Below, in pieces: positions 40,887 through 50,198 of a stretch of 64,000 nt of DNA. The translations under genes were made by a program, and so were the position numbers. The stretch covers positions 1,568,001 to 1,632,000 of the forward strand of contig CAWJCS010000006.1 of assembly GCA_963841435.1 (NCBI GenBank). Reading direction: 5' to 3'. The stretch is from an uncultured delta proteobacterium (GTDB lineage Bacteria; Myxococcota_A; Polyangia; Polyangiales; Polyangiaceae). Below the pieces are notes generated by a model that saw nothing but the letters and a program-made list of their open reading frames with translations, was not told the DNA's origin and did no database searches. Positions within the stretch are counted from its first letter, which is position 1. Each line of letters begins with the position of its first letter.

Positions 40887-41735
40887 ATGTTTGACGGGAT
40901 GACTCCCGGCACCACCGCGGATCTCGACCGTCTCGACGGCATCCTGGAAGGCATGGGCTCCGTGCTCGTCTGCTACTCGGGCGGCATCGACAGCGCGCTC
41001 GTGCTCGCGACCGCGCGCCGCGTGCTCGGCGCGCGCGCTGTCGGCCTCACTGCCGTGAGCCCGAGCCTGTCAGCCACCGAGCGCGACGACGCGCGTCGCC
41101 TCGCCGAAGCCATGGGCGCCGAGCACCTGCTCGTCGAGTCTCACGAGCTCGACCGAGAGGGGTACGTCAAGAACGGCCCCGACCGCTGCTTTCACTGCAA
41201 AAGCGAACTCTACGAAATCGCGCGCGAAAAGGCGACCGAGCTCGGGCTCGACGCCGTCGCAAACGGCACGAACCGAGACGACCTCGGCGACCACCGCCCA
41301 GGCCTCGAGGCCGCGCGGAAGGCCGGCGTCCGCAGCCCGCTCGTCGAGGCGGACCTCGGCAAGGCGCGCGTTCGGGATCTCGCGAAGGCGCTGGGCATCG
41401 ACGCGTGGGACAAGCCGGCCGCCGCCTGCCTCTCGAGCCGCATCCCGTACGGAACGAGCGTGACGCGGGAGCGGCTCGCTCAGATCGAGGGCCTCGAGGC
41501 GGAGCTCCGAACGCTCGGCTTGCGGCAGCTGCGCGTCCGGCACCACGAGACCATCGCGCGCATCGAAGTCGGCCTCGACGAGCTCGAGCGGCTCGTCGCG
41601 CCCGGCGTGCGCGAGCGCATCGTCGAGGCCGGCATCCGCCATGGTTTTCGCTACGTCACGCTCAATCTCGGGGGCTACCGCATGGGCTCGCACAACGAGG
41701 TGCTCGTCGGCGCCCGCGCCCTCAGGGTCGTCTAG
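40887..41735 (+). CDS. larE: LarE-family ATP-dependent sulfur transferase (PP-loop)
   Basis: SGGIDS, RCFHCK, GTNRDDLGDHRPG, WDKPAAACLSSRIPYG, QLRVRHH. Confidence 0.9.
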   Translation: MFDGMTPGTTADLDRLDGILEGMGSVLVCYSGGIDSALVLATARRVLGARAVGLTAVSPSLSATERDDARRLAEAMGAEHLLVESHELDREGYVKNGPDRCFHCKSELYEIAREKATELGLDAVANGTNRDDLGDHRPGLEAARKAGVRSPLVEADLGKARVRDLAKALGIDAWDKPAAACLSSRIPYGTSVTRERLAQIEGLEAELRTLGLRQLRVRHHETIARIEVGLDELERLVAPGVRERIVEAGIRHGFRYVTLNLGGYRMGSHNEVLVGARALRVV

Positions 41736-41813
41736 CGGCCCTCGCGCGCCTCGATCGAGACAGAGCCGCAGGCTCGCTGGTTGCCCCGAGCGCTCGAGAT
41801 GATATCGCTCGGT

Positions 41814-42506
41814 ATGCGCTACCTCGCCAGCATGGTCCTCGTGCCCGCCCTGCTCGCGTGCCGAGCCGAGCCGAAGAACGAACAGAGTGAACGGACGCCT
41901 GCCGTGGTGAGCGCGACGGCCGCTGCCGCGCCGAACGCACCCGTGTCGGCCACGGCCAAGCCGGCCCGCGTCGGTGAGCCCGCCCCGAGCTTCACGCTAC
42001 CGGATCTCGAGGGCAAGCCCGTCGAGCTCGCGAGCTTTCGCGGCAAGACGGTGGTGCTCGAGTGGTTCAACCCGGAATGCCCCTTCGTGCGTGCCTCGCA
42101 CACCAAGGGCTCGCTCATCGACGCGGCCGTTCGACTGACCGGCGCGAACGTCGTTTGGCTCGCGATCAACTCGGCGGCGCCCGGCAAGCAGGGCTACGGT
42201 CGAGAGAAGAACCTCGCCGGCAAGCAGCGCTACGGCCTCACCCACCCCGTCTTGCTCGACGAGACCGGCGCCGTCGGCCACCTATACGGCGCCGCGCGGA
42301 CGCCGCACCTCTTCGTCATCGACGCGAAGGGAGTGCTCGTCTACCGCGGCGCCGTCGACAATTCGCCCGACGGCGAAGGCGAATCGCCCACGGGCGAAAA
42401 GCTCGTGCGTTACGTCGACGAGGCCTTGAAAGCGCTCGCCTCGAACGAGCCCGTCGCGCCGGCCGAGACGGAAGCCTACGGTTGCAGCGTCAAGTACGCG
42501 AAGTAG
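41814..42506 (+). CDS. Thioredoxin-fold (AhpC/TSA redoxin) lipoprotein
   Basis: Lipobox LLAC; APSFTL, EWFNPECPFV, TPHLFVID, YGCSVKY. Confidence 0.88.
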   Translation: MRYLASMVLVPALLACRAEPKNEQSERTPAVVSATAAAAPNAPVSATAKPARVGEPAPSFTLPDLEGKPVELASFRGKTVVLEWFNPECPFVRASHTKGSLIDAAVRLTGANVVWLAINSAAPGKQGYGREKNLAGKQRYGLTHPVLLDETGAVGHLYGAARTPHLFVIDAKGVLVYRGAVDNSPDGEGESPTGEKLVRYVDEALKALASNEPVAPAETEAYGCSVKYAK

Positions 42507-42544
42507 CGCCGGCGACGCCGCAAGCGGCCGGACGAGCCCGCGAA

Positions 42545-42561
42545 GGCTCGCTCAGCGAGCC
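42545..42561. terminator. GC-rich hairpin between convergent redoxin and pnp genes
   Basis: GGCTCGC-TCA-GCGAGCC perfect stem; no clear U-tract. Confidence 0.35.
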
Positions 42562-42586
42562 AAGCCGGCGCGGCTCTCGTTTCGCT

Positions 42587-44833
42587 TCAGTGCCGGGGAC
42601 GGCCGCCGCGGTCGCGCCCGCCGCGCGGACCACGATCACGATCGCGCCCACCGCCGGGACCACGCGGTCCACGCCCGCCACCGGGACCCGCCTCGCGCGC
42701 CCGCTGCAGGCGCTCGCGCGCTGCCTCGCCTTCCTCGCCTTCGGGGAACGGCAGAAGCTCGCGACGCGACAGGCGCACCTTGCCGTCGCGCTCGACGCTG
42801 ATGACCTTCACCTCGACTTCTTCGCCCTCCTGCAGCACGTCAGCGGGCGATTCGACGCGGGTGTGCGCGATCTCCGAAACGTGGAGCAGCGCTTCGGAGT
42901 TCGGCAGGATCTCCACGAAGGCACCGAAATCGACGAGGCGCGTGATCTTGCCGCGGTAGACGCGGCCGACCTCGGGCTCGGCGACCAAGCCCTCGATGAT
43001 CGCGAGAGCGCGCTTCACGGCATCCGAGTCGGCGCTCGCCACGGCCACCGTGCCGTCGTCTTCCACGTCGACGCTGCAGCCCGTCTGATCGACGATGCCC
43101 TTGATGGTCTTGCCACCGGGTCCGATGATGATGCGGATCTGGTCGGGCTTGACCTTGATGGTCGTGATGCGCGGCGCCCAGCGGTTGATCTCCGGGCGCG
43201 TGGCGGGCAGCGTTGCCAGCATCTTGCCGAGGATGTGCAGGCGCGCTTCGCGTGCCTGATCGAGCGCCCGCTCGAGGATGGTGCGTTCGAGACCGGCAAT
43301 CTTGATGTCCATCTGGATGGCCGTGACGCCGCGTTCCGTGCCGCAAACCTTGAAGTCCATGTCGCCGAGGTGATCCTCGTCGCCCAGGATGTCGCTCAGG
43401 ATCGCGACCTTTTCACCCTCGGCGATGAGGCCCATGGCGATGCCGGCGACGGGGCGGCGCAGCGGCACGCCGCAGTCCATGAGGCTGAGCGAGCCGCCGC
43501 AGACGCTCGCCATCGAGCTCGAGCCGTTGGACTCGAGGATCTCGCTGACGATGCGGATCGTGTAGGGGAACTCCTCGTGCGTGGGGAGCATGCGCGTGAG
43601 CGCCCGCTCCGCGAGCGCGCCGTGTCCAACCTCGCGCCGGCCAGGGCCGCGCATCGGCTTGGTCTCGCCGGTCGAGAAGGGCGGGAAGTTGTAGTGGAGC
43701 ATGAAGCGCTTCCACGACTCGCCCGTGAGCGCGTCGATCTTCTGCTCGTCGCTGGCCGTGCCGAGCGTCGCCGTGACGATGGCTTGCGTCTCGCCGCGCT
43801 GGAACAGCGCCGAGCCGTGCACGCGGGGTAGCAGGCCGACCTCGCAGCTGATCGGGCGCACCGTCTTGGTGTCGCGGCCGTCGATGCGCTTGCCCTCGTC
43901 GAGCACCATGGCGCGCACGACGGTGGCCTTGCGCTCCTCGAGCTCTTGTTTGACGAGCTTCTCCATGCCCACGAATTTCTCGGCCCCGAGCTCCTCGGTG
44001 AGCTTACCGAACACCGCCTTCTTGATCTCGCCGTAGCGCTCGTAACGGGCGTGCTTTTCCTTGATCACGCAGGCGGTCTTGAAGTCGCCGTCGGCGAGCT
44101 CGGCCACGCGGCGCGCGACGGCCTCGTCGAGCTTGGGGGCCGTGAAGGTACGCTTCTCGCGACCCACGGCGGCCTTGAGCTTCTCGATGAGCTCGATGAT
44201 CTTCTGCGCCTCGCGGTGGGCGAACATGAGTGCGTCGATGAGGTCGTTCTCGGTCGCCTCGTCGGCGCCGCCCTCGACCATGACGATGGCGCTCTTGCTG
44301 GCCGCCACCGTCAGATCGATGTCGGCGCGCGCGCTCTGCTCGAACGTCGGCAACGCGATCATCTCGCCGTCGATGCGTGCCACGCGGAGCCCGGCGATCG
44401 GGCCGTCCCACGGGATGTCCGAGATGCTGAGCGCGGCGCTCGCGGCGCTCAGCGCCAGCACGTCGGTCGGATTCTCCTTGTCGGCGGAGAGCACCGTGGC
44501 GATGACCTGCGTGTCCTTCTTGTAGCCCTCGGGGAAGAGCGGCCTGAGCGGACGATCCATCAGGCGCGACGAGAGGATTTCGTAGTCACGCAGGCGCCCC
44601 TCGCGCTTGAAGAAGCCGCCGGGGATCTTGCCGGCCGCGTAGGTCTTCTCGACGTACTCGCAAGTGAGGGGGAAAAAGTCGAGGCCCGGCCGTTCCTCGC
44701 TGGAAACGACGGTGACCAGCACGACGCTCTCGCCGTAGGTGGCGAGCACGGCGCCGTCGGCGAGCTTGGCGAGGCGTCCTGTTTCGAACGTGAGCGGTCG
44801 GCCGCCGATCGTGACGGATTCTCTGACGAACAT
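42587..44833 (-). CDS. pnp: Polyribonucleotide nucleotidyltransferase
   Basis: DFFPLT, RREVGHGALAERAL, SNGSSSMAS, GDMDFKV, KH and S1 domains. Confidence 0.98.
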   Translation of the reverse strand: MFVRESVTIGGRPLTFETGRLAKLADGAVLATYGESVVLVTVVSSEERPGLDFFPLTCEYVEKTYAAGKIPGGFFKREGRLRDYEILSSRLMDRPLRPLFPEGYKKDTQVIATVLSADKENPTDVLALSAASAALSISDIPWDGPIAGLRVARIDGEMIALPTFEQSARADIDLTVAASKSAIVMVEGGADEATENDLIDALMFAHREAQKIIELIEKLKAAVGREKRTFTAPKLDEAVARRVAELADGDFKTACVIKEKHARYERYGEIKKAVFGKLTEELGAEKFVGMEKLVKQELEERKATVVRAMVLDEGKRIDGRDTKTVRPISCEVGLLPRVHGSALFQRGETQAIVTATLGTASDEQKIDALTGESWKRFMLHYNFPPFSTGETKPMRGPGRREVGHGALAERALTRMLPTHEEFPYTIRIVSEILESNGSSSMASVCGGSLSLMDCGVPLRRPVAGIAMGLIAEGEKVAILSDILGDEDHLGDMDFKVCGTERGVTAIQMDIKIAGLERTILERALDQAREARLHILGKMLATLPATRPEINRWAPRITTIKVKPDQIRIIIGPGGKTIKGIVDQTGCSVDVEDDGTVAVASADSDAVKRALAIIEGLVAEPEVGRVYRGKITRLVDFGAFVEILPNSEALLHVSEIAHTRVESPADVLQEGEEVEVKVISVERDGKVRLSRRELLPFPEGEEGEAARERLQRAREAGPGGGRGPRGPGGGRDRDRGPRGGRDRGGRPRH

Positions 44834-45007
44834 GGTATCTGGCGCTCCTGGCGCTTCGTGCCGCTGCGTGCAGCATGACGCCGGAGGCGAGCACCGAGTT
44901 CTTCAGCCTCGATGCCTGCGGCAGACCCAAGTGGGGTGCGCCGCACGAAGCGAAGTTGAAGCTCTGGTCGCTCGCGTTCCGGTAGTGACTGACTGCTTGC
45001 CTCGCGC

Positions 45008-45277
45008 CTACTTGCGTAGGTTCAGCGAGGCGACGATCTTTCGGTAGCGGTCCACGTTGGTCCGCTTGAGATAGTCGAGAAGCTGCCGGCGTTGGGCGAC
45101 CAGACGCAGCAAGCCCCGACGGGAATGGTGGTCCTTGACGTGGACCTTGAAGTGCCCGGTGAGGGACTCGATGCGCTGGCTGAGCAGGGCGACCTGCACC
45201 TCCGGCGAGCCGGTGTCGGACTCGTGGAGCCGATGCCGGGCGACGACGGCTGTCTTGGCGCCGGGTTCGAGAGGCAT
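45008..45277 (-). CDS. rpsO: 30S ribosomal protein S15
   Basis: [24 protein letters not shown]; 89 aa; upstream of pnp. Confidence 0.97.
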   Translation of the reverse strand: MPLEPGAKTAVVARHRLHESDTGSPEVQVALLSQRIESLTGHFKVHVKDHHSRRGLLRLVAQRRQLLDYLKRTNVDRYRKIVASLNLRK

Positions 45278-45315
45278 GGTTGTTTCCGTGTTTCCTTGGG
45301 GTTTGAGGGGCCGCG

Positions 45316-45343
45316 AGTATACGCGCGGTCGCTTTTCGGTCAA
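45316..45343 (-). promoter_or_regulatory. sigma70-type promoter for rpsO-pnp
   Basis: Minus strand TTGACC-N16-TATACT. Confidence 0.65.
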
Positions 45344-45392
45344 CAGGCGGCTGAACAACGGGCCGGCGCGGCCCGGACCTCGATTTTCTGGC

Positions 45393-46484
45393 TCATTGTG
45401 GCGAGGATCCTCGGCGAAAGAAGAGCGCCGTGAGGGCGAGCGGACCGAACAGGGGGAAAAGCAGTGGGAGACCGCGGGCGAGCACGGCCAGCGCTCCGAC
45501 GCCGCCCGCGGCCCTGCCGGCGCGGTCGAGCACCCTGATGGACGACCCGATGCGCCGTTCGATGCGAAAGCGGCGCAGCCAGTCGAGCCACGAAATGGTC
45601 CTCGCGAGCACGCGACCGAGCGGCGTTGCGGGGTCGAGCTGGACCACACGCTCGCCGAGCTCCGGCACGACGAACGCGACGTAGCCCGCGGCCATCACGT
45701 AACTGAACAGCTCGACCTGGGCCGATTGCTCGATGCCGAGGTGAAAGAGCGCGCCGAGGTAGAACGCGACCGTGCGCGTGCGGGGCAGCCATAGACCCAC
45801 GGCGAGGAACAGCTCGGTCGCGATGGCGGCCTTCGATGCGACACTGGCGAAATCGGGCGACGCGTAGATCCTGGCGACGAGATCCGGGAGGGGCCGGCCG
45901 TGTCTCGCGAGGTAGTCAACCGCGGACGCGAAGCGAACCCCCATCGTCTGCCCGCTCCGCCAGTCAGGATCGAGCAGCTTGCCTCCGCCGGACGACACGT
46001 AGATCGCGGACACTTGGAGCCGCAGGAGCCGGGTCGCGAAGAACGGCGCGCGACGGGCCGCCTCGTCGAGCGCGAGCCCACCGCGCCGCACGAACATGAG
46101 ACTGCGATCGCAGGGCGAGAAGGCGGCCAGGAAGGCGAAGAGCAGCAGCGCGAGGCGGTTATTGTGATACTCGCGTCGGTCGCACAAGAGCAGGAACAGC
46201 CCGATGCTCGATGCGACGAAGAGCCCCTCGCGAGGCCTCACGCCCACGACGGCGACCGCCGCCGCCACGAGTGACACGACGAGCAGCGCCACGTAGCCCG
46301 CCGCCGACGGCACGAGCGCCTCGGGGACGATGGGCAAGTGGAACACGTCGCCGAAATACGGGACGTGCTCGAGCTCGAGCAGGCGGTTCAACGTCTGCAC
46401 GATGAGCAGCACCCCGAGCGCGATGCGCATCACGCCGAGCGTGTAGGCGTCGCGCTCCGCGTGAGCGAGCGCTGGAAGCGTCAC
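45393..46484 (-). CDS. HTTM-domain membrane protein with a C-terminal DCC1-like remnant
   Basis: [39 protein letters not shown] overlaps the upstream stop. Confidence 0.75.
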   Translation of the reverse strand: MTLPALAHAERDAYTLGVMRIALGVLLIVQTLNRLLELEHVPYFGDVFHLPIVPEALVPSAAGYVALLVVSLVAAAVAVVGVRPREGLFVASSIGLFLLLCDRREYHNNRLALLLFAFLAAFSPCDRSLMFVRRGGLALDEAARRAPFFATRLLRLQVSAIYVSSGGGKLLDPDWRSGQTMGVRFASAVDYLARHGRPLPDLVARIYASPDFASVASKAAIATELFLAVGLWLPRTRTVAFYLGALFHLGIEQSAQVELFSYVMAAGYVAFVVPELGERVVQLDPATPLGRVLARTISWLDWLRRFRIERRIGSSIRVLDRAGRAAGGVGALAVLARGLPLLFPLFGPLALTALFFRRGSSPQ

Positions 46485-46963
46485 TTTCGTGCCGCCCGGA
46501 AACGTACGGTGCGCGGATCGCGTCCGTTCTTGAGCGTGTCGACGACGGCGACGAACGCGTGGGTCTCGGCGTCGAGCGGCACGTGCCGGGCAACGTCGTC
46601 GAGCGCGCGCTCGAGGTGAAAAAGCTGTGCGCCGAGGCCGTAGGAGGCGTGGACGAACCGGTCGACGTGGCTGATCGAGCCCGTGGGCACGCGGTCGTGC
46701 CAGTCGAAAAGGTGGCGATTTCCCCGTGCGTCGCGCGCGCGCCACGCCCCGTTTACCATGGGGACGAGTCGCGGGCTCCGCGCGGGACCGACCTCGCGGA
46801 ACAGCCGAATGCGGAGGCTGGACGACTCGTTGAACATCTGGAACCCGAACACATGGTCGGGCGCGAGCTGCCCGGCGGCAACCATCGCGACGAGGACCAC
46901 GACGTACGCCAAGGAAAACGGCAGGCGCGCCTTCGGGGGAAGATCGAGGAGGGAGCGGGGCAT
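46481..46963 (-). CDS. Membrane-anchored hypothetical protein coupled to the HTTM gene
   Basis: N-terminal TM helix then FGFQMF; GTGA overlap with the HTTM gene. Confidence 0.65.
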   Translation of the reverse strand: MPRSLLDLPPKARLPFSLAYVVVLVAMVAAGQLAPDHVFGFQMFNESSSLRIRLFREVGPARSPRLVPMVNGAWRARDARGNRHLFDWHDRVPTGSISHVDRFVHASYGLGAQLFHLERALDDVARHVPLDAETHAFVAVVDTLKNGRDPRTVRFRAARK

Positions 46964-46990
46964 CTGGCGAGCCGATGGCACGCGCTCGCG

Positions 46991-47992
46991 TCAGTTACAC
47001 TGGTTGTTGTAGTTCTGTCGCCCGCGCAGCGACGCCTTGCCGAGCAGCGCCGTGGAATCGAGCGCATCGAGCTGGGTGCGGACCGAGTTGGCGTCGGTCG
47101 CCGCGGTGGGCATGAAGTCCGCGGTGGCGAGTGCGTAGAGCACGAATTCGTACACGTTGCAGGCAGATCCGGGGCCGAAGTAGCCGTCACCCTGGGACAG
47201 GTTCCGCTGCTCCGAGCCTGCGGGAACGGCGGGAGTGGTCGTGCTTTTGTCGACGTCCGCCGCGAGCATCGTCGCGTTGCCCGGGATGTTCCAGAGCACC
47301 CAGTGGGCAAACCCGTTGGTGAGATCCTGCAAGATGACGGCAAAGCTCTGCGTGCCGGCCGGTACGCCCGTCCAGTCGAGCTCCGGCGAGACGTTCGGGC
47401 CGCTCATGTAGCTCGCGAGCTCGCGCGGGAAGACGTCGCATGACGTTGCCGTGTCGGCGGCACAGCCAGGCATGCTCACGAAGTCGGGGTTGGTGAGCGT
47501 GAACGCGCCGCCACCGCTCGAGCCACCATTGCCCGCCGAACCGGAGGTGCCGGCATCGCCCGCCATGCCACCGGCACCGGCGCCGGCACTCGCCGCACCG
47601 GCACTACCGGCGTCGCCCGCCAAGCCGCCGGCACCGGCACCCGCTGCGCCGGCTGCCCCTGTCCCGCCCATCGAGCCCGCCGCGCCACTCGTCGAGCCGG
47701 CGGAGCCGGAGGTGCCAGCGCTGCCTGCGGCCGCGCCCGCCGTGCCCCCTTGCCCGCCGCCCGCTGCGCCCGCCGTGCCGGCGCCGCTTCCCGAGCTGCC
47801 GCCCGTGCCCGCGCTGCCGCTCGCGCCACTCCCCGCCGTTCCTCCGAGCGTGCCCGCGGAGCCGCCCGATGCGCCGCTGCCACCCGCACCGCCGTTGCCC
47901 GCCGGCGTCTCGTCGCTCGAGCTGCAGCCGACGAAAAGCGGGAGCGATGACAGCAAGAAGGCGGAAAGCGTCTTGGAGCGGCGGAAGGACAT
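46991..47992 (-). CDS. YbhB/YbcL (PEBP/RKIP-like) lipoprotein with Gly-rich linker
   Basis: Lipobox FVGC; NVSPELDW..PAGTQSFAV, FAHWVLWNIP, GYFGP, YEFVLYAL. Confidence 0.85.
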   Translation of the reverse strand: MSFRRSKTLSAFLLSSLPLFVGCSSSDETPAGNGGAGGSGASGGSAGTLGGTAGSGASGSAGTGGSSGSGAGTAGAAGGGQGGTAGAAAGSAGTSGSAGSTSGAAGSMGGTGAAGAAGAGAGGLAGDAGSAGAASAGAGAGGMAGDAGTSGSAGNGGSSGGGAFTLTNPDFVSMPGCAADTATSCDVFPRELASYMSGPNVSPELDWTGVPAGTQSFAVILQDLTNGFAHWVLWNIPGNATMLAADVDKSTTTPAVPAGSEQRNLSQGDGYFGPGSACNVYEFVLYALATADFMPTAATDANSVRTQLDALDSTALLGKASLRGRQNYNNQCN

Positions 47993-48188
47993 GTCGACAG
48001 AATCTGCCCGGCGAGCGCGGTCGAGTCAACGCGCGGGTGCGTCAGCGCGCCCCAGGGATTCGCGCTGCCCGCTTCAATTTTTCGATGACGTCGGTGTGCA
48101 ACCCCGGGGCGCGCGTCGAGCCCCTCGCGGCGGCCGCGCTATACTGGCGGTTCCCCGCGCGCGAGCTTCGTTCTTCTTCAGGAGTTAC

Positions 48189-49361
48189 ATGAGCCAAGAG
48201 CGCTTTCTTTTCTCGACGATGGCCACGCTGCTTGCCCTTGGATGCTCTCCCGCCGCCAAGGTCGAAGGCACGGGCGGCAGCTCCTCCGGTGCAACGAGCG
48301 GCAGCGCTGGTGCGGCCAACGGCGGAACGAGCGGTGCCTTTTCTGGCGGCTCTTCTGGGATCGGCGGCACGGTGTCGGGGAGCTCGGGTGCGGGGGGCAC
48401 CAGCGGCAGCGCGGGCGTTGCCACGGGTGGGCTCGGCGGCGCGGGCGGTGATACGGGCGGGACCGCGGGCGGCTCGGGCCTCGGCGGCACGGCGGGCTCG
48501 GCGGGTGATGCCATCGACGCGGGATCGGCCGGGGCCGCGGGCGCGGGTGCCGGGGGCGACGCGGGCCTCGGAGGCCTGGGTGGCTCCGGTGCGGGTGGCG
48601 ACGCGGGCGGCGCCGGAGCCGGCGCGGGCGGCACGGCCGGCGCCCCGCCGTCCGGATTCTTCACCGAGGACTTCGAGAGCGGCGCGGACGGCATGGCGCC
48701 CGCCGGCTGGGACACGTTCATCGCCTACCAGAAGAACAACCCGCAGAACACGACCAGTAGCAGCGCCTACGCGCTCGTCAACACGACGCGCGCTCACGGC
48801 GGCACGAAGTCTGCGCACTTCCACGGCGGCGCGAGCCCCGCGATGATCACGCGGCCGCTGCCCGGCGGCACGAACAAGCTGTACGTGCGCGCGTGGGTGT
48901 ACATGACGCGCCAGCTCGGCAACGATCCGAGCCAGAACGCCAACCACGAGACGCTGCTCGGCATCCGCAAAACTTCGGGCGACGCCGGCGACGAGGTGCG
49001 CTTCGGCGAGATCAAGGGGGTCATCGGCACGAGCATGCCGGCCATCGGGGACGCCATCTCGCCTCCGATGGCAAGCTGGCATTCGGGCCCTTCCGTCGCC
49101 GCGAACACGTGGGCCTGCATCGAGGTCGCGTTCCTCGGCGATGCGACGCCGAACACGCTGCATGCCTGGGCCGACGGCACCCTGGTGCACGAGATCACGA
49201 GCGTTGGACCCGACCAATGGGAAAGTAAGACGCTGCCCGAAGACTGGATGGCGGGGCGCTTCACCGAAGTGATCCTCGGCTGGCAGAGCTTCAGCGGGTT
49301 CGACATCGACGTGTGGATCGACGACATCGTCCTCGGTACGTCGCCGATCGGTTGCGGCTGA
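48189..49361 (+). CDS. Lipoprotein with Gly-rich linker and a Cip1-like/lyase-like beta-sandwich domain
   Basis: AGGAG RBS; lipobox ALGC; EDFESG, RAHGGTKS, LYVRAWVY, NHETL, WACIEV, DVWIDDI. Confidence 0.7.
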   Translation: MSQERFLFSTMATLLALGCSPAAKVEGTGGSSSGATSGSAGAANGGTSGAFSGGSSGIGGTVSGSSGAGGTSGSAGVATGGLGGAGGDTGGTAGGSGLGGTAGSAGDAIDAGSAGAAGAGAGGDAGLGGLGGSGAGGDAGGAGAGAGGTAGAPPSGFFTEDFESGADGMAPAGWDTFIAYQKNNPQNTTSSSAYALVNTTRAHGGTKSAHFHGGASPAMITRPLPGGTNKLYVRAWVYMTRQLGNDPSQNANHETLLGIRKTSGDAGDEVRFGEIKGVIGTSMPAIGDAISPPMASWHSGPSVAANTWACIEVAFLGDATPNTLHAWADGTLVHEITSVGPDQWESKTLPEDWMAGRFTEVILGWQSFSGFDIDVWIDDIVLGTSPIGCG

Positions 49362-49408
49362 GCCGGGGCGGCGGCAGCCTTCTGGGCGGCCGAACGGAAC
49401 GTTGTCGC

Positions 49409-50173
49409 ATGACTCCCGCGAAGACCACCCCACCGAGCTTCTCTCTCGCCGGCAAGGTCGCGCTCGTCACGGGCGCAAGCTACGGCATCGGCGCGGGCCT
49501 CGCGCGCTCGCTCGCGGCAGCCGGGGCGGAGGTGGCCGTCGCCGCGCGGAGCCGCGAGCCGCTCGAGGCGCTGGCCCACGAGCTCGCCGGCTTGGCCGTG
49601 CCGTTCGACGTGAGCGACGTGTCGAGCACGCGGCGCGGCATCGACCGCGTCGTCGAGCACTTCGGCCGCATCGACTTGCTCGTGAACAACGCGGGCCTCG
49701 GCGACAATCAAGACGCCGTCAACGTGACGGAAGAGGACTGGGACCGCATGTTCGCGGTCAACGCCAGGGGCCTTTTTTTCGCGTGTCAGGCCGCGGCGCG
49801 CCACATGCTCCCCCGCCAGTCGGGGCGCATCGTCAACATCAGCTCGCAGGCGGGCCTCGTCGGGATCCGGCGGCACGCCGTGTATTCCGCGACCAAAGGC
49901 GCCGTGAACATGCTCACGAAGGTGCTCGCGCTCGAATGGTCGCCCCACGGCGTGACCGTCAACGCCGTCGCCCCCACTTTCACGCTCACCCCCGGCACGA
50001 AGGAACGCCTCGAAGACCCGGAGTTTCGAGCGGGCGTGCTCGCACGCATTGCCACGGGCCGTTTCGGCACGATCGACGACATCGCGGGGGCCGTGATCTA
50101 CTTGAGCTCTCCCGCGGGCGCGCTCGTCACGGGAAGCGTGCTCGTCGTCGATGGCGGCTGGACCGCCGAGTGA
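49409..50173 (+). CDS. Short-chain dehydrogenase/reductase (sugar-acid dehydrogenase-like)
   Basis: TGASYGIG, NNAG, YSATK, VDGGW. Confidence 0.92.
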   Translation: MTPAKTTPPSFSLAGKVALVTGASYGIGAGLARSLAAAGAEVAVAARSREPLEALAHELAGLAVPFDVSDVSSTRRGIDRVVEHFGRIDLLVNNAGLGDNQDAVNVTEEDWDRMFAVNARGLFFACQAAARHMLPRQSGRIVNISSQAGLVGIRRHAVYSATKGAVNMLTKVLALEWSPHGVTVNAVAPTFTLTPGTKERLEDPEFRAGVLARIATGRFGTIDDIAGAVIYLSSPAGALVTGSVLVVDGGWTAE

Positions 50174-50198
50174 GCGCGACCGGCGCCGTCGGTGCCGC

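Noticed and set aside
45351-45366. CTGAACAACGGGCCGG upstream of rpsO as a LexA box
   Set aside because: Half-site only; lacks the closing CAG
47500-48650. Repetitive GC-rich tracts (also about 22850-23280, 24230-24600, 25380-25800, 29780-30060) as DNA repeats or CRISPR
   Set aside because: Imperfect codon-level repeats encoding Gly/Ala/Ser or Pro linkers; no constant repeat-spacer structure and no cas genes
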